DNA of 64,000 bases, taken from positions 105,214,001-105,278,000 of the forward strand of contig NC_042997.1 in NCBI RefSeq assembly GCF_006345805.1, given 5' to 3'. The first letter of the stretch is position 1. Each line of letters starts with the position of its first letter. Source of the DNA: Octopus sinensis. Taxonomy: Eukaryota. Both the position numbers and the translations under genes were made by a program. Below are positions 14,424 to 28,910 of the stretch, piece by piece. The notes under the pieces are model-generated. The model was not told the origin of the DNA, did no database searches, and was given only the letters and a program-made list of their open reading frames with translations.

Positions 14424-14718
14424 CACCGAGATCACCGTGACCGACCAGACTATCAGATGTTGCTACACATCGCTGGAATGTTTTAGCCTTTAAATGACAC
14501 CACCCTGCTGGCTAAGCAAGTAGGCCCACAGGATAAAGAGTGAGAGAAAGTTGTGCCAAAAGAGCACAGAAGGGATCGCCACCACCCCCTGCCGGAGCCT
14601 CGTGGAGCTTTAGGTGTTTTCGGTCAATAAACACTCACAACGCCCGGTCTGGGAATCGAAACCGCGATCCTACAACCGCGCGAGTCCGCCACCCTAACCA
14701 CTGGCCATTGCGCCTCCA
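14424..14718 (-). mobile_element. tRNA-derived SINE, family C
   Basis: Minus strand reads tggaggcgcaatggccagtggttagg (A-box-like) and ggtttcgattccc (B-box-like), then aaaacacctaaagctccacgaggctccggc. Relatives at 28090 and 52535. Confidence 0.85.
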
Positions 14719-14773
14719 TATATATATATATTATATATAATATATATATATATATATAATATATATATATATA

Positions 14774-14804
<31 letters not shown>

Positions 14805-14806
14805 AT

Positions 14807-14886
<80 letters not shown>

Positions 14887-14962
14887 TATATATATATATA
14901 TATAATATATATTATATAATATATAATATATACATATCTATATATATATCATTAATATTATA

Positions 14963-15024
<62 letters not shown>

Positions 15025-15148
15025 GTATATATGTATTATAATATATATTTCTGTTGTGGTATTTGTATATCTGAATATGTATTACATACGATATATATAT
15101 ATATATATATCAAAATAAACATCAAGAATATCCACAGGTAATGCAGTG

Positions 15149-15660
15149 TATATGTGTGTGTGGTGTGTGTGTGTGTGTGTAGATTCAGATGACTGTGGTA
15201 CTTAAGTTGGGGCACCAGAATTTAGTACGGTATTATCCATGCAATTTCAAAATAAGGTGATTAACATCAAAATAAGCAAGCAGGATATCCAGAGCTAATA
15301 CAGTACGATCGTTTCATGCGACTCCATTTAATTGAACAATGCAATCATTTCATTACATCAATTTAAAATCGCCATCTGCACAAAGTGCAAATTAGTATAA
15401 TTTTACCTAAAATCTCCAAGAGGTTAAGGAGATACACAAAGAACATGTTGTACCAACAACATCATAGTTGTTCAATTAAATGGAGTCCCATGAAACGATC
15501 GTACTGTATTAGCTCTGGATATCCTGCTTGCTTATTTTGATGTTAATCACCTTATTTTGAAATTGCATGGATAATACCGTACTAAATTCTGGTGCCCCAA
15601 CTTAAGTACCACAGTCATCTGAATCTACACACACACACACACACCACACACACACATATA
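15149..15660. repeat. Long inverted repeat (arms ~190 nt, 127-nt spacer)
   Basis: 15149-15340 is the reverse complement of 15468-15660 with about one mismatch. The match includes the same irregular GT tract. Confidence 0.9.
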
Positions 15661-15673
15661 TATATATATTATG

Positions 15674-15726
<53 letters not shown>

Positions 15727-15811
15727 TATATTTGCATACATAATATATAGATACATGCATACATACATACATATATATGTATGTGTGTATGTATGTATGT
15801 ACGTATGTATG

Positions 15812-15845
<34 letters not shown>

Positions 15846-15884
15846 TGTATCTTATTATGTATGTATGTATATATATATATATGC

Positions 15885-16134
15885 ACAGAGTTGTCGAAAA
15901 GTCACCCGACAATATTTCAAAATTCCATAAATACTTAATATTCAATTTTATTTATTCATTGCATTCCAATTATGAATATTTAATCATTCAATGCTGTTAG
16001 TTGAAATAACCGTCTTTTTTTCAACATTTGTCCATTCATTAGCGAAGTCTCATATAAAATAATTTTTTGTTGTAATCTTGGGGTTAAATGGTTTTGATAT
16101 AATGTCGGTAACCTTTGTCAAACCCTCTAAGTAT

Positions 16135-16135
<1 letters not shown>
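15885..16135. mobile_element. Possible Tc1/mariner-type MITE remnant
   Basis: Degenerate terminal inverted repeats: cagagttgtcgaaaagtcacccgac versus the reverse complement of gtcggtaacctttgtcaaaccctct. TA-rich flanks. Confidence 0.35.
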
Positions 16136-16173
<38 letters not shown>

Positions 16174-16277
16174 TATGTATATATATATATACATATACAT
16201 ACATGAATACATGCATATATATAATATATATATATACACACATATATATATGCATATATATATATACCTATATGTGC

Positions 16278-16318
<41 letters not shown>

Positions 16319-16456
16319 ATATATATATATACATATATATATATCATATTTGTTTCTGTGCTTATATATATATATATAGTATGTATGTATGTATGTATAT
16401 ATGTTTGTACGCATGCATACATGCACACACGCACACATATATAGAGACAGACAGAC

Positions 16457-16542
<86 letters not shown>

Positions 16543-16968
16543 GGCGAGAGAGAAGGAGGGATAGTGAGCGATATTCTGCTCCCTAGATTTTAGAGCTTCC
16601 CGTACAATACCAACCACCTTTGTAACTTGTGATGCAGACGGGCGCTTGCTAACCTTTCATTTCTGCTTCTTTTCTCCTCTCCTACGGGGCTTATATCCCC
16701 CTCACGTTGCCTTTTGCCCTTATTCTTCCTTCTCTCTTCTTTTAACCTTTACATCCCTGGCAGTATATATCAACTGCTTTTGACAAAATTCTATTAATGA
16801 ATGTAGCCGGGCTTATCGTAATTTCTTTGTGTAACTGTTTTACTGGTTGCATACCCAGTACTTGTTGCTCTTTCCATCAGTAAATTGCGAACATTACGAT
16901 TACTATGTAGATCCGAACTTTCTGAAACAGCGGTCGAGTTAAGATATCATTTCTCTTCTTCCTATTTC

Positions 16969-17182
16969 GGCGAGGTGGCAGAATCGTTAGCACGCCTGAC
17001 AAAACGCTTAGCGGTATTTCGCACGTCGCTACGTTCTGTGTTCGAATACTGCTGAGGTTGACTTTGCTTTTCATCCTTTCGTGGATGATAAATTAAGTAC
17101 CAGTTAAACACTGGGGCCGATGTAATCGGCTATCCCCCTCCTCCAAAATTCAAACATTCTGCTGTAGTAGAAAGGATTATTA
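16969..17182 (+). mobile_element. tRNA-derived SINE, family B
   Basis: Head ggcgag.tggcagaatcgttagcacgcc, B-box-like gttcgaata, and central block ttcatcctttcg..gataaattaagtaccag (resembles the Meta-type SINE central domain, from recall). Confidence 0.85.
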
Positions 17183-18275
17183 ATGTTCTTAATGTTCTGT
17201 ATTCTTTATGGCCTGTGTAATATGTTCGTGTATATATATATATGTGTGTGTGTGTGCGTGTGTGCGTGTGTGTGTATGTGTGTGTGTGTATGTATATTGA
17301 ATATATATAAATAATATACATATATGCATGTATACATACATATATGTTCATACATACACATTTATGTATATAGGTGCGCATATATGGGTACAGGACGTCA
17401 TAAAACGTAAACAACATGAAATACGAAAGTAAAGTTGGGTATGCAAAGAAAGAGAGAAACAAATTGTAAACAAGACTAGTAACATAAAAAAAACGACCCT
17501 TCTTGTGAACAACGAAATCTTCAAATGGTGATGAATTTGTAAATCTGTGGAGAGCTGAATTTTATAGTCTTATATTTTTGGATGATTCCCGCCTCATCTC
17601 GACTTGAACTCTCGTTCGTGGGGAAGACAGAATTCAGCTTTATTTTTTGCCCTACATGGATCAGTTATGAAGTCAATAACAACATATTTCTTTTTTTTTT
17701 TTATTGGTGAATAATCAATCAATTAAAATCTCTTTCCGAAGCAAATTTTCGTAGATAAAACATGTCTATAGCTTTAATGTCCTTTTCAACGGTATTAATA
17801 TTTCATTATTGCGAAACTTTTACTGTATACAAGTAGTGAAATGTTAAACATTTATCATCTGTGTAACAATACCAATACCGGAAACAGGATAGAGTTGGTT
17901 CCGTAGTAACCAGTGTTCCTGTGAGGTCTCAAGTATCAACGGAAAGTCGTCAGATTGTCATCACGGTCAGCTGATTCCAAATTGATCGGAAATAGAGATG
18001 TTAGTGATAATGTTGATGGCAAACACCACCAGGTTGATGGAGCTAAAGATGAATCCTAGACCACGCACAACAACACATAGCTTTATTGATAATGATGATG
18101 ATGATGAGCAGGAGGAGAAAGAAAATTCGGGAGGAGGAAGAGGAAGACGATGACGAAGGTAGTGGTGGAGGGATAATGGTGAGGATGATGATGGTGGTGA
18201 TTATGTTGATGATGGCACTGCTGCTGTTGATGATGATGATGATGATACGATGGAGTTATTTATAATAAATATTGC

Positions 18276-18485
18276 TTTCTAATTTTGGCACAAGGGTTAA
18301 TTTCGGGTTAGAAATAAGTCGATTACATTGACATCAGTGCTCAAATGGTGTTTATTTGTCGACCCCGGAAGGATGAAAGGTAGGCTGACCTCTGCGGAAT
18401 TTGAACTCAGAAAGTAAAAACCGGAAGAAATGGCTGCTAAGCATATTACATAGCATGCTAACAATTCTGCCAGCTCACCGCCTTA
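18276..18485 (-). mobile_element. SINE family B
   Basis: Reverse complement of the family B head, body and ttgtgccaaaattagaaa tail. Confidence 0.85.
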
Positions 18486-18502
18486 ATAAATGTAATAATA
18501 TT

Positions 18503-18717
18503 GGTAGCAAATTTTAGCACAAGGCCAGCAATTTCATGGGAGAGGCTAAGTCGATTACATCGATACTAGTGCTGAAGTGGTACTTATTTCATCTACCTCG
18601 AAAGGATAAAAGGGTAAAGTCGACTCCGGCGGAATTTGAACTCAGAAAGTAAGACGGGCGAAATGCTGCGAAGCATTTTGTCTGACGTGCTAACGATTCT
18701 GCCAGCTCGCCGCCTTA
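18503..18717 (-). mobile_element. SINE family B (tandem neighbour of the previous copy)
   Basis: Same motifs as the previous copy. Confidence 0.85.
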
Positions 18718-18737
18718 CAGAAAAAGTAATAATAACG

Positions 18738-19103
18738 CCAGCACTGAGAGAGTGCAAACCTCCGCCAAGGCAACACCAACGTCCTCTCAACGATTAGCCG
18801 GAGATGATTTTTAAAATGAGAATATCTGAAATAAACTCGACTGCTCCCACAAAACGAGAATACTAAAAATGAACCCGAGCACTCTCAAACATTAAGCAAA
18901 AATAACTGGAAAAATAATCCAGAAACTTTGTCCGGTACCGGAGCGGTCAAAAAATCTAATCAGTTCGTGCCAGTCACGAGACCAAATGAAGCCCGAAAGT
19001 TTCATCCGAATCCATCCAGCGGTTCTTGAGATATCTTGTCCATGAACGAGCAAACAAACACGACTGAAACAATAGCTCTGCCTTCGCTAAACCGGAGGAA
19101 ATA
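18738..19103. mobile_element. Non-autonomous DNA element, Helentron/HINE-like
   Basis: Terminal hairpin gcact-gagag-agtgc next to subterminal acctccgccaag. A decayed inverted partner (aaaccggaggaaataat) lies at the other end. Internal block gaaagtttcatccgaatccatccagcggttcttgagatatc..caaacaaac. Classification is from recall. Confidence 0.4.
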
Positions 19104-19457
19104 ATGTTACTGATGAATTCAGCGGAGAAGCACTACAATTATTACCAACAACATTATCAACACTACCGCTATCTCCACCGACAATACCAGCCCCACGACC
19201 ACGGCCGTGACCGCCACCACCAACACTATTATCATCATGAACATCATCATTGTCATCATCAGCACTACAACCATACGAACAACAACACTGCCACCACTAT
19301 ACACCTCCACAACCGTTACCATCATCGTCAGTATCATTATCATTATCAAGGTCATCGTCGTTGTCTTCATCATCAGCATCATCATCATCCACATATACAC
19401 ACACACATATATATATATATATATGTTATAATGTATCATATATGTGTTTATTATATA

Positions 19458-20210
19458 CTAGCAGTAATACCCGTCGTTGATTGGGTAATTAGCTAGAAAA
19501 TGGGTAATGCATATAGAGAAGCTAGAAAAATGGCTGTATCACACACAAGAATAGCTTCTTAAATCCGGGTGACTGCGATGGCCATGGAAAGGCTACAGGT
19601 CAAGTGAAACATCATTGCTCATTTAGAAAAAGCATTGCACATCGTTTGGTTCGTGTTCGTTTTATGACGGTCTTTTTTTAGTAGACATTTTTTTTATTAG
19701 GTATATCAGAAACTAATAGTGAAATGAAATAACAAAGGCCGTGTCCTTTCAGTGTTAGTGCTGAAATTCCGACGCTATATTACAGGAATGGAAGGCAAGG
19801 CAACAGTAAGTAATAGTCCAATGAAATTACAAATTCTGTGCCCTGTCAATCAGATTAAGTTTGCTCGTCCTGTATGTGTGTACTATACATTAGAAAAAAA
19901 CATGTAATAATTGAAGTAGCAAAAAATGGATTTCATATACGAATTTTTGTTTGTTCTTCAAGTAGCAATCCAGCAACTTTTATTGCTTGGCCCCGACTTT
20001 TACTAATGCTCATGGCAAAAGAAAGTGGGATAGGAAATTGCAAGGGATTAAAGTTGATTGTGACATTAGATAGTATAACTAGTGTGCGAGGAACGAAGAT
20101 GGTGTCACGTTTACCACAACCAGTGAGAATATTTGTCTCAGTGCAGTTCGTCGTAGGTTTGTGCACAATTAGTGTTATCACCTTTCAACTATTTACTTTC
20201 ACTTTATAGG
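19458..20210 (-). mobile_element. Helitron 3' end: helicase C-terminus plus canonical terminus
   Basis: Minus ORF NILTGCGKRDTIFVPRTLVI..LQFPIPLSFAMSISKSRGQAIKVAGL (PIF1 motif FAMTINKSQGQ). The minus strand ends with the tacccaatcaacgacgggta hairpin, then ttactg-CTAG followed by T (CTAG at 19458-19461). Confidence 0.88.
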
Positions 20211-20321
20211 ACAAACAAACACATAAACAGATAGAATCTGTCTTTGATATATATATATATAGGTTTTTATAATAGATACGTTCAGATCAGCGCGCGTGCA
20301 CATACGTGGAAATGTTGGACT

Positions 20322-20359
<38 letters not shown>

Positions 20360-20406
20360 GTGTGTGTGTGTTTTTATATATGTATATATGTGTGTGTGTT
20401 TATATT

Positions 20407-20452
<46 letters not shown>

Positions 20453-21216
20453 ATATGTGTGGTGGTGTGTGTGTGTGTGTGTGCATGTGATAGATAGATA
20501 GATGTAAGATAGACAGGCAGATAGATAGATAGATAGATAGATTAGAGAATAGATAAATAGATAGATAGATAGATAAACGCACACACATATATAACGCAGT
20601 ACGACAATAATTATTCGATATATACGCATAAAGATCTTTCTTTTGCTTCCCATATATTTCCCATTCCCATTCTTGCAACCAGCGCATACACATGTTTGTA
20701 CTTATTTTCTGTGACTTAGTTATTTGTTTTGATTTATCCTTTTCATACCTATTGGCTTCCATTTAATCTCTTGATTTTTCAAATCTAATGTCAACGATTA
20801 GTTTGGAAGGTGGCGAGAAATAATGCATTAACTGTTATTAGAATGCTGGAAGAAAAATAAATGAAACAAAACAAAACATATTTTTGATACACAGGTGTTG
20901 AAATAAATAACATTACCAGGAAGACAATTCAATACATCTGAAGACGAATTAGAAATTAACTGGAAGCTATTTAAACAGATATTGCACTACACTAGTTGGC
21001 ACATCGAGCAAATGTGTATAAGAAAAGAGGAAAGATATATGATTAAGCTTAGTCACAAGATGTCACGTTTATAATGGTTCTTAAGACACTAATGTATAGG
21101 TGTGTATGTGTGTGCTTAATATAAAACGCACGTAATAATCTGTTCATGTGCGTTATATATAAATGCATATACGTTTTAATACATATACGCAGATACATAT
21201 ATATTTGAATTCATTC

Positions 21217-21256
<40 letters not shown>

Positions 21257-21270
21257 ATATACATATATAT

Positions 21271-21316
<46 letters not shown>

Positions 21317-22766
21317 GACAGAGAGAGACAGAGAGAGACAGAGAGAGAGACAGACAGACAGACAGAGACAGAGACAAAGACAAAGAGGGTAGAGAGAGGA
21401 GGAGAGACAGACAGAGGTAGACAGGTAGAGAGACATAGATACACAGTGAGAGATAAAGAAGTGTTTCTGTGTGGGCATATATTGACAAACGAAATAATGA
21501 AGCACTCAGACTGGATTCATATTCGTTGGGGAACGTTTGGAGACTTCGTACACTGTTGCCAACGCATAAGAGCAATAATTTAAATAATACACAAATAGGC
21601 CAAGTCTCATAGGCGCAGACATTTCAAATATTCCGAAACGTAGGACGAGAAAGTATAGCTGGCTAGATTGCGATAATGCATGACTGCGCAAACCTCTGTC
21701 CATGGAATGCTATTTGATTCTCGCTATCTTTTACCTGAATAAGCCTTACACACTAAGCGTCTGAGAGCTATTCAGTGGAAACATCCTTCAATAATAATTC
21801 TTATCTCCGTTAAATGATATTAGTGATGGTTTTAATATTTGAAATGTTTGTGTTCGATACGACCATTGACTGAAATATGTATGAGCTTAAATGCTGAGTT
21901 TCCATGGGATTGGGAAAATTTATGATTGATCATTTAGTTTCGTAAAAAATTGAAATAATTTCTCTCCTGCTCTTAATGTAAATGATAGCAACTCTTGTCA
22001 CTAATGACCTTTGAAAGTGTTCCTAATGTATCTCTGTACTCTTCTCTCATGTAGCCCATGGGATTACAGAGATATCTGACATATGCACACGTTGGAACAT
22101 CATGAGCATGTGGGTTGGCTGATTGAGAGGCTTCGCTAGATATAAGATGCTTGTAGACCTCGGATGACTTTGTTTCCAGTGTGTCATTCGGTCATCAATA
22201 TTATCCACGCAGCAATAGCTTATATCCACAGCACGTGCGCAAAAATGATGAATTTGTATTTTTGTCGGAAGTATTATATTTCGTGATAATGAAAAAGGCA
22301 AAGAGCTTCTGAAAAACACGGTGTTGTAGAGTGGCTGATAAATGATATACATAAGGAATACCGCATATTCCTAGAGTATGTAATACATTTATATATAGAG
22401 AATAAGGTAAAAATTTTAGGAAGAAAACGAAATAAGGTGAGACAGTGAAGAAAGACAAATATACACACATATTTCTACCTATATACGTACACATATATGT
22501 ACATAAATGTATTCGCACACACACACACACACACACAAACACACATACACACATATATATATGTAGTCGTCAATAGCTACGTTTTTACATATTCATTCAT
22601 TAGTAGAAACAGAAAGAGATGAATTAAAGGCGAAATGGAAAAGGAACGAAAATATAATAAATGGAAACGAACTTGAAGATTGTAGGTTGTATGGTTGAAC
22701 GAATGTTTTTAAGTCAAATATGTGCACTTGACAGCCATAAGACACACACACTCACACATTTGTATG

Positions 22767-22806
<40 letters not shown>

Positions 22807-23391
22807 TATATATATATATATATATACAGAACATCATTTCAGTTGATAGCATACTTTATATACCAGTACGTAGACATATTTTATATATGCACAAACACAC
22901 ACATATATGTCTGAGCTTAGACATAAATATACACGTATATGTATATAAGGATGTATACACGCGCGCGCGCACACGCATACACAATCTCATACGTATGCAT
23001 ACATACACGCACGCGCACACAAAAACAGAGAAAAAGACAGAAAGGGAGAAGGCAAACAGAGAAACAAACAAACGCACCAATCGGTTAGCGAGCCGTAGTC
23101 AGTTAGACAAGCAGATATTCTCATAAGACAGATAGTTAGGCCTAGAAATATTCGATGAAATGAAGATAAGTTATAAAAGCAGTCAGAGCAATATGAATTC
23201 AATTAGCGTTTGGTTTAAAGCAATGTAGAGAGTGAGAAAATAGTTTTCTCACAAAATTCTTTCAAGGATTTATCTTTTGTGTTAGGTTATTGTTTTCAAT
23301 TTTTATGCAGATACACACATGCATACATACATGCATATATATACATATATATATTCATATGTGTGTATATATATATACATATATATATATA

Positions 23392-23443
<52 letters not shown>

Positions 23444-23661
23444 GTGTGTGTGTGGGTTGTGTGTGTGTGGTCGTGTGTGTGTCTGTGTATGTGTGTGTGA
23501 GGGTGTGTGCGTGTATTTGTATTTGTTTGCCCTATTTTTTCTCCTATCTTCGTTTTCTTTAAAGCTGGTTGTTTTTGATTTGATTAGATTTATAAATTCC
23601 TCTCTTGGCATTTGATGATATTCTGTTGAATTTAGTGCGAATACGTATATATGTGTAAACA

Positions 23662-23699
<38 letters not shown>

Positions 23700-24241
23700 A
23701 GCTTAGAGAAGAAGAATAAACGAAACGAACCGAAACGAATCGAATCGAATCGACGCGAGGGCGCTCAGTCATACAATAGTGTAATAAATAAAAAATAAAA
23801 TATATGCATACATACAAACATATATGTACGTACCTACATCTACATGTATATATACATTCATATATAAAATATATACGTGTGTACAGTACACCACAAATAG
23901 ACGTAGAACTCAACGAGAAACGAAAAAGTAAAACCAGCATGGAACGGACCATTTTTTTAACAACGAAAAAGCAGAGTACAAGACAACTACACAAGGAAAA
24001 AATCCCCTTCATCAGCTGTCCCTAGTTCAACTCCAACGTGTTTCGAAGGTAAGGACAGAACACGTCTCGTCGAAATAGTCCTTCCTGCGAAAGAATTAAA
24101 TAAAATTCCTTTGCAGAGGGGTAAAAACAAGAAAAAAATGTGACAAAAACAGGACGTAAAACAATACAATTAAAAACAACTACAAAATGTATATAATATC
24201 CATTCAACAAATAGACACACGTGCATACACTCTAGCGCATA

Positions 24242-24321
<80 letters not shown>

Positions 24322-24939
24322 TACACATTATACACATATATATATATATATATATATACATGCATCTATATACATACATATATATACACACCACATTATA
24401 CACTCATACATACAGACACACACACGCGCACACGCACACACACACACACATACATTGTTTGATGTCAGCTAGCCGAACTAAGCAGACTGGTAATTTTTCT
24501 TTTTTAATAGTTTAGCTGATCTCAAATACAAAAAAAATTCATATTTTTCATCCGATGAAATATTGTACTCTTACGTTATCTTCTATGCCACGATCCATGC
24601 GCTGGGAAGCAGGGTTTTTCATTTCAATTTTCAATGGTGTTTTGTTTCTCTGCACAAGCAGTTATAAGTGTTAAAAAATCCTTGACTTGAAACAGTTTTG
24701 AATTCATAACAAAGCTGTTGACTGATTGTAATACTTCTGACGTTCAGAATCTTATACATTTTTATGACTTGTATTTACTTAAACACTGTTTAAAATCTCC
24801 AAGTATGTCCAAACCGATACATGTGTATAGTAGTCAGATTAAATGTCGGATCGTGTCGATAGTGTCGGTGAAATCTGTTTGACATAACTAGTATTACTTA
24901 TTTTTGTGTAACACAGGCATAACTAATATTACTCATTTT

Positions 24940-25151
24940 TTGTAGCTCAGATGCAGCACGGAATTTTGTCAGTGAACCGGTCGCGGTCTGAAAGCGAGGG
25001 AAATATTTTGACAAATTAAATTTAAATGTTGAAGTGAATCTAATAGATTTTGTGTGTTTCTTAAATGACTTATAACCACCTTCCACGCTGCTATTGTTTT
25101 CGTTGCAGCACGCGATCTCAGATCAGGTCACTTGCTATGCAAGTACATCTA
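24940..25151 (+). repeat. Interspersed repeat with a decayed hammerhead-like three-way junction (possible PLE terminal repeat)
   Basis: tttgtca (24965-71) pairs with tgacaaa (25009-15). Hairpin tcgc/gcga and palindrome AATATT are present. Core boxes deviate from consensus (GTGAACC, GGAA). Confidence 0.3.
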
Positions 25152-25370
25152 CAAGTTTATTTTAATGATTATTACAAATAATAATAAAATATAAAATAAA
25201 ACGAAATAGTAGCACCAGCATTATTCTCGATTTCAGGCTACATGCAACATGTCTAATTATATATTAATGGGATATCAAGCAGTTGTTCGTTTAATTCGGA
25301 ATTAATTCGAAGGCAAAGTGAGGCGGATCTTGAGAGATGCAAAATATATAGATTTAGTTTACAAACACAA

Positions 25371-25462
<92 letters not shown>

Positions 25463-26067
25463 CCATGTATGCGCTCGTGAGTCTGTGTGAGTCTGTGTGT
25501 TTACATGAGTGCGTAAGTGTATGTGTGTGTGTGTATATGAGTGTGTACGTATGTATTATACCATACTTTGAAACCGTGTGGACAGTGTTCTATAATGATA
25601 GACCGCTAGTGTATGCGTACTAAGAATTATAATTTACTAAAAAAAATTAAATTATATCTCTTAGGTTAGTGAATATGGTATGTATACATACAAGCCCGTG
25701 ATTCGTGTGTTTTATGAGTTGTATGTTAGACTGATACCAAATTCCGCGGTTGTTCTTTTTACGGATTCAAATTTTGGATAAGATATTGCATATACAAGGG
25801 ATTCTAGTTTAAGTAGCATAATTGCATGTTCTGTGTGTGTGAGTGTGTGTTTATGTATATACATATGCGCGTTCATGTAACTTTGTGTGGACGCTTAAAA
25901 CTATTACCTTCCAAATTCTTTTGATATGCGCAAGTAAAGTTTGAAACAACACGTTCTACCTTTAAACGAGAAGAGCAAGATTTTTCTTTTAATTTCAGAT
26001 ATCATTCTTCTAGTTCTAGGGATGACGTACTACTATGCATATTAATACGCATGTAAATATATATTAT

Positions 26068-26115
<48 letters not shown>

Positions 26116-26235
26116 GATATATACATACATACATACATACATACATACATACATACATAATATGCATACATATAAACATATATACCTATAACTACATGCA
26201 CGCGCATATATGTATACATATGTATACATACCACT

Positions 26236-26285
<50 letters not shown>

Positions 26286-26543
26286 ATATTTATTATTTTT
26301 ATGTTTATATATTTATAAATATACATATATACATACATACCTAATTACATACATATATGGAAAATATTGCGCATATGCATGTGTTTTATGCGCATAATTT
26401 ATGATGGTGTGCTTTAAAATGCTTGTAGTCTATGTGACTGGATTTTTATGTGTATCTGTGTGTATATCTATGTGTGCTCGCGCACGCGCGCCTGTGTGTA
26501 CACAAGTGCGTAACTTTCACTTAAGAAATCTGGAATGCTTAAA

Positions 26544-26643
26544 NNNNNNNNNNNNNNNNNNNNNNNNNNNNNNNNNNNNNNNNNNNNNNNNNNNNNNNNN
26601 NNNNNNNNNNNNNNNNNNNNNNNNNNNNNNNNNNNNNNNNNNN
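26544..26643. other. Assembly gap (100 N)
   Basis: A run of exactly 100 N, typical of a fixed-size scaffold join. Confidence 0.99.
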
Positions 26644-27176
26644 AATTTGTAACCGTTTTTAGAGTTCTAGTTAATTTTCTTTTACTACATCAAGTTACAC
26701 GTGTAATTGTAAGTCTTTCAGTCATTTACTACATAGTTGTGCGCTTGGTAAACAAGAAAATACATACAGAGAAATCAAAATGAAAAACAGAAAAACTTAT
26801 TGACTCGTAAAATGAAAGAGAGGACAAGAAATAATTAGATAGGTGGCTAGTTAAAGAGTGAATACATACATAAATATGAATGAGTGAGAGAGTGAGAGAG
26901 AAAGTATGTGTGTGTGTGTGAGTGTGTGTGTGTGTATTTGTGAAAACATATCAGGATAGTGTCACACAAAGAAAAATAACCAGTGACGCAGAAGTGATAG
27001 ACAGAGAGACTGTCAGCGTTAAATACGTACACGTAGAACATGATGTGACTATCCATTTGTTATCAAATTAACTGCTCTCTTCTACAGTTAGGCATTAAAC
27101 AAAACGTACGTATATTGATGTGGCCGCGTGAGTGTGTGGGTCTGTAAATGCAATGCTTATATATGTATATATATTC

Positions 27177-27645
27177 GTTTACTCTTTTACTTGTTTCAGT
27201 CATTTGACTGTGGCCATTCTGGAGCACCGCCGTTAATCGAACGAGTCGACCCCAGGACTTATGCTTTGTAAGCCTAGTACTTATTCTATCGGTTTCTTAG
27301 GCTGAACCGCTAGTTTAAGAGAACGTAAACACACCTGCATCGGTTGTCAAGCGATGGTGTGGAGACGAACACAGACACACAAACACATACATACATACAT
27401 ACATAAATAATACTACATACATACTACATACATACATATATATAATATATATATATATATATATTATATATAGAATATATATATATATATTATACACCGG
27501 GTTCTGTCAGTTTCCGATTACCAAATCCACTCACAAGGCTTTGATCGGCTGAGGCTATAGCAGAAGGTGCCACGCAGTGGGACTGAACCCAGAACCATAG
27601 ATTGGGGAAGCAACTTCATAATACATAGCCACTCTTGCGACTATA
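27177..27645 (-). mobile_element. SINE family A with expanded internal microsatellite
   Basis: Tail at 27177-27400 and head at 27490-27645, both matching family A in reverse. Confidence 0.85.
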
Positions 27646-28089
27646 CATATGTATTATACTCATATATATATATATATATATATATTATTTATATATATAT
27701 ATATAATATTATATTATATATATAATAATATATATATATTATTATATATATATTATATATACATAATATATATATATAACATACATACATACATACAGAC
27801 ATACATACATACATACATACATACATACATACGACATACGTACATACATACATACACACATTCATACACATACAAACATACATACATAGTTATACCATAT
27901 TATATGACAGCTGCATGGAATACTCTTATTCCCAACATGCAATTGCTATGTATCAAGTGATTTCTGTATGTAGTACTCAATACTTGTTGCAAAGAATATT
28001 AACTTCACAGCTCGGGGTTCACATTAGGTTGCTGCGAAGTCGAAACTCTGAAACGCGTATCACGTTAAAATATCACATCATATACATAC

Positions 28090-28188
28090 TCGGAGTATCA
28101 TGGAGCTTTAGATGTTTTCGCTCAATAAACTCTTACAACCTACGACTGCGAGCCGCTGCTCTAACCGCTGGGGCCATTGCACCTCCAC
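28090..28188 (-). mobile_element. SINE family C fragment
   Basis: ggagctttagatgttttcgctcaataaac..gccattgcacctcca, with an internal deletion. Confidence 0.75.
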
Positions 28189-28749
28189 TATGTATATATA
28201 TATATATATATATCTATATATATATATATGCATGTATGTATGTATGTGTCTATGTATGTATACATATATACACATATATGCATACATATATATAAATATA
28301 TATATTAATTTATTTATTTATGCGCACCCGTGCACTCACTCATATACATATGTTTAGTATGTATTATGCGTGTCTATGATTTGTTGAGATATTAACGAAC
28401 AGGGTGTAGTTCATTTTCAGATTATTTAACTCCAAATATGATGAATAAGATTATAGGGCAGTGCCACATCCGGATGTACAAAACAAAGGTTTATAAAAGA
28501 ATCTAGAATTTGATCAGAAGTTACTGAGATAAAAAGTAAATTAAAAGTAAATATTGTACTTGTGGCATAGTGCCTGATACCATAATTTGAAATAATAAAA
28601 ACAATGTCAATTCTGTCCTCAACATTTGCAATATGAAACGAAAATAGAGTTAGACAAGCCTTTAAAATATGCTGTTTTAATCCTACTTACATCGCGAGTA
28701 TTTTTAAGCTATCATGATTAGTTTGAACCAAATATATTATATATATATA

Positions 28750-28877
<128 letters not shown>

Positions 28878-28878
28878 G

Positions 28879-28910
<32 letters not shown>

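Noticed and set aside
15295-15510. GAAACGATCGTA half-motifs in the inverted repeat called as ribozymes
   Set aside because: No CUGANGA box and no helix I partner.
24000-24085. Minus-strand GAAAC...CTGATGA, a possible type II hammerhead
   Set aside because: No helix I hairpin forms between the putative cleavage site and CTGATGA. The complementary blocks (ctgtcc/ggacag, ccttc/gaagg) do not fit HHR topology. It may still be a PLE-related terminal repeat.
26544-26643. ORFs spanning the N run
   Set aside because: Artefacts of the assembly gap. Contiguity across it is not assured.
28025-28072. CTGCGA..GAAACGCGTA, a possible decayed minimal hammerhead
   Set aside because: The first box lacks A6, helix II is mostly mismatched and helix I does not pair. 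Too decayed to call.
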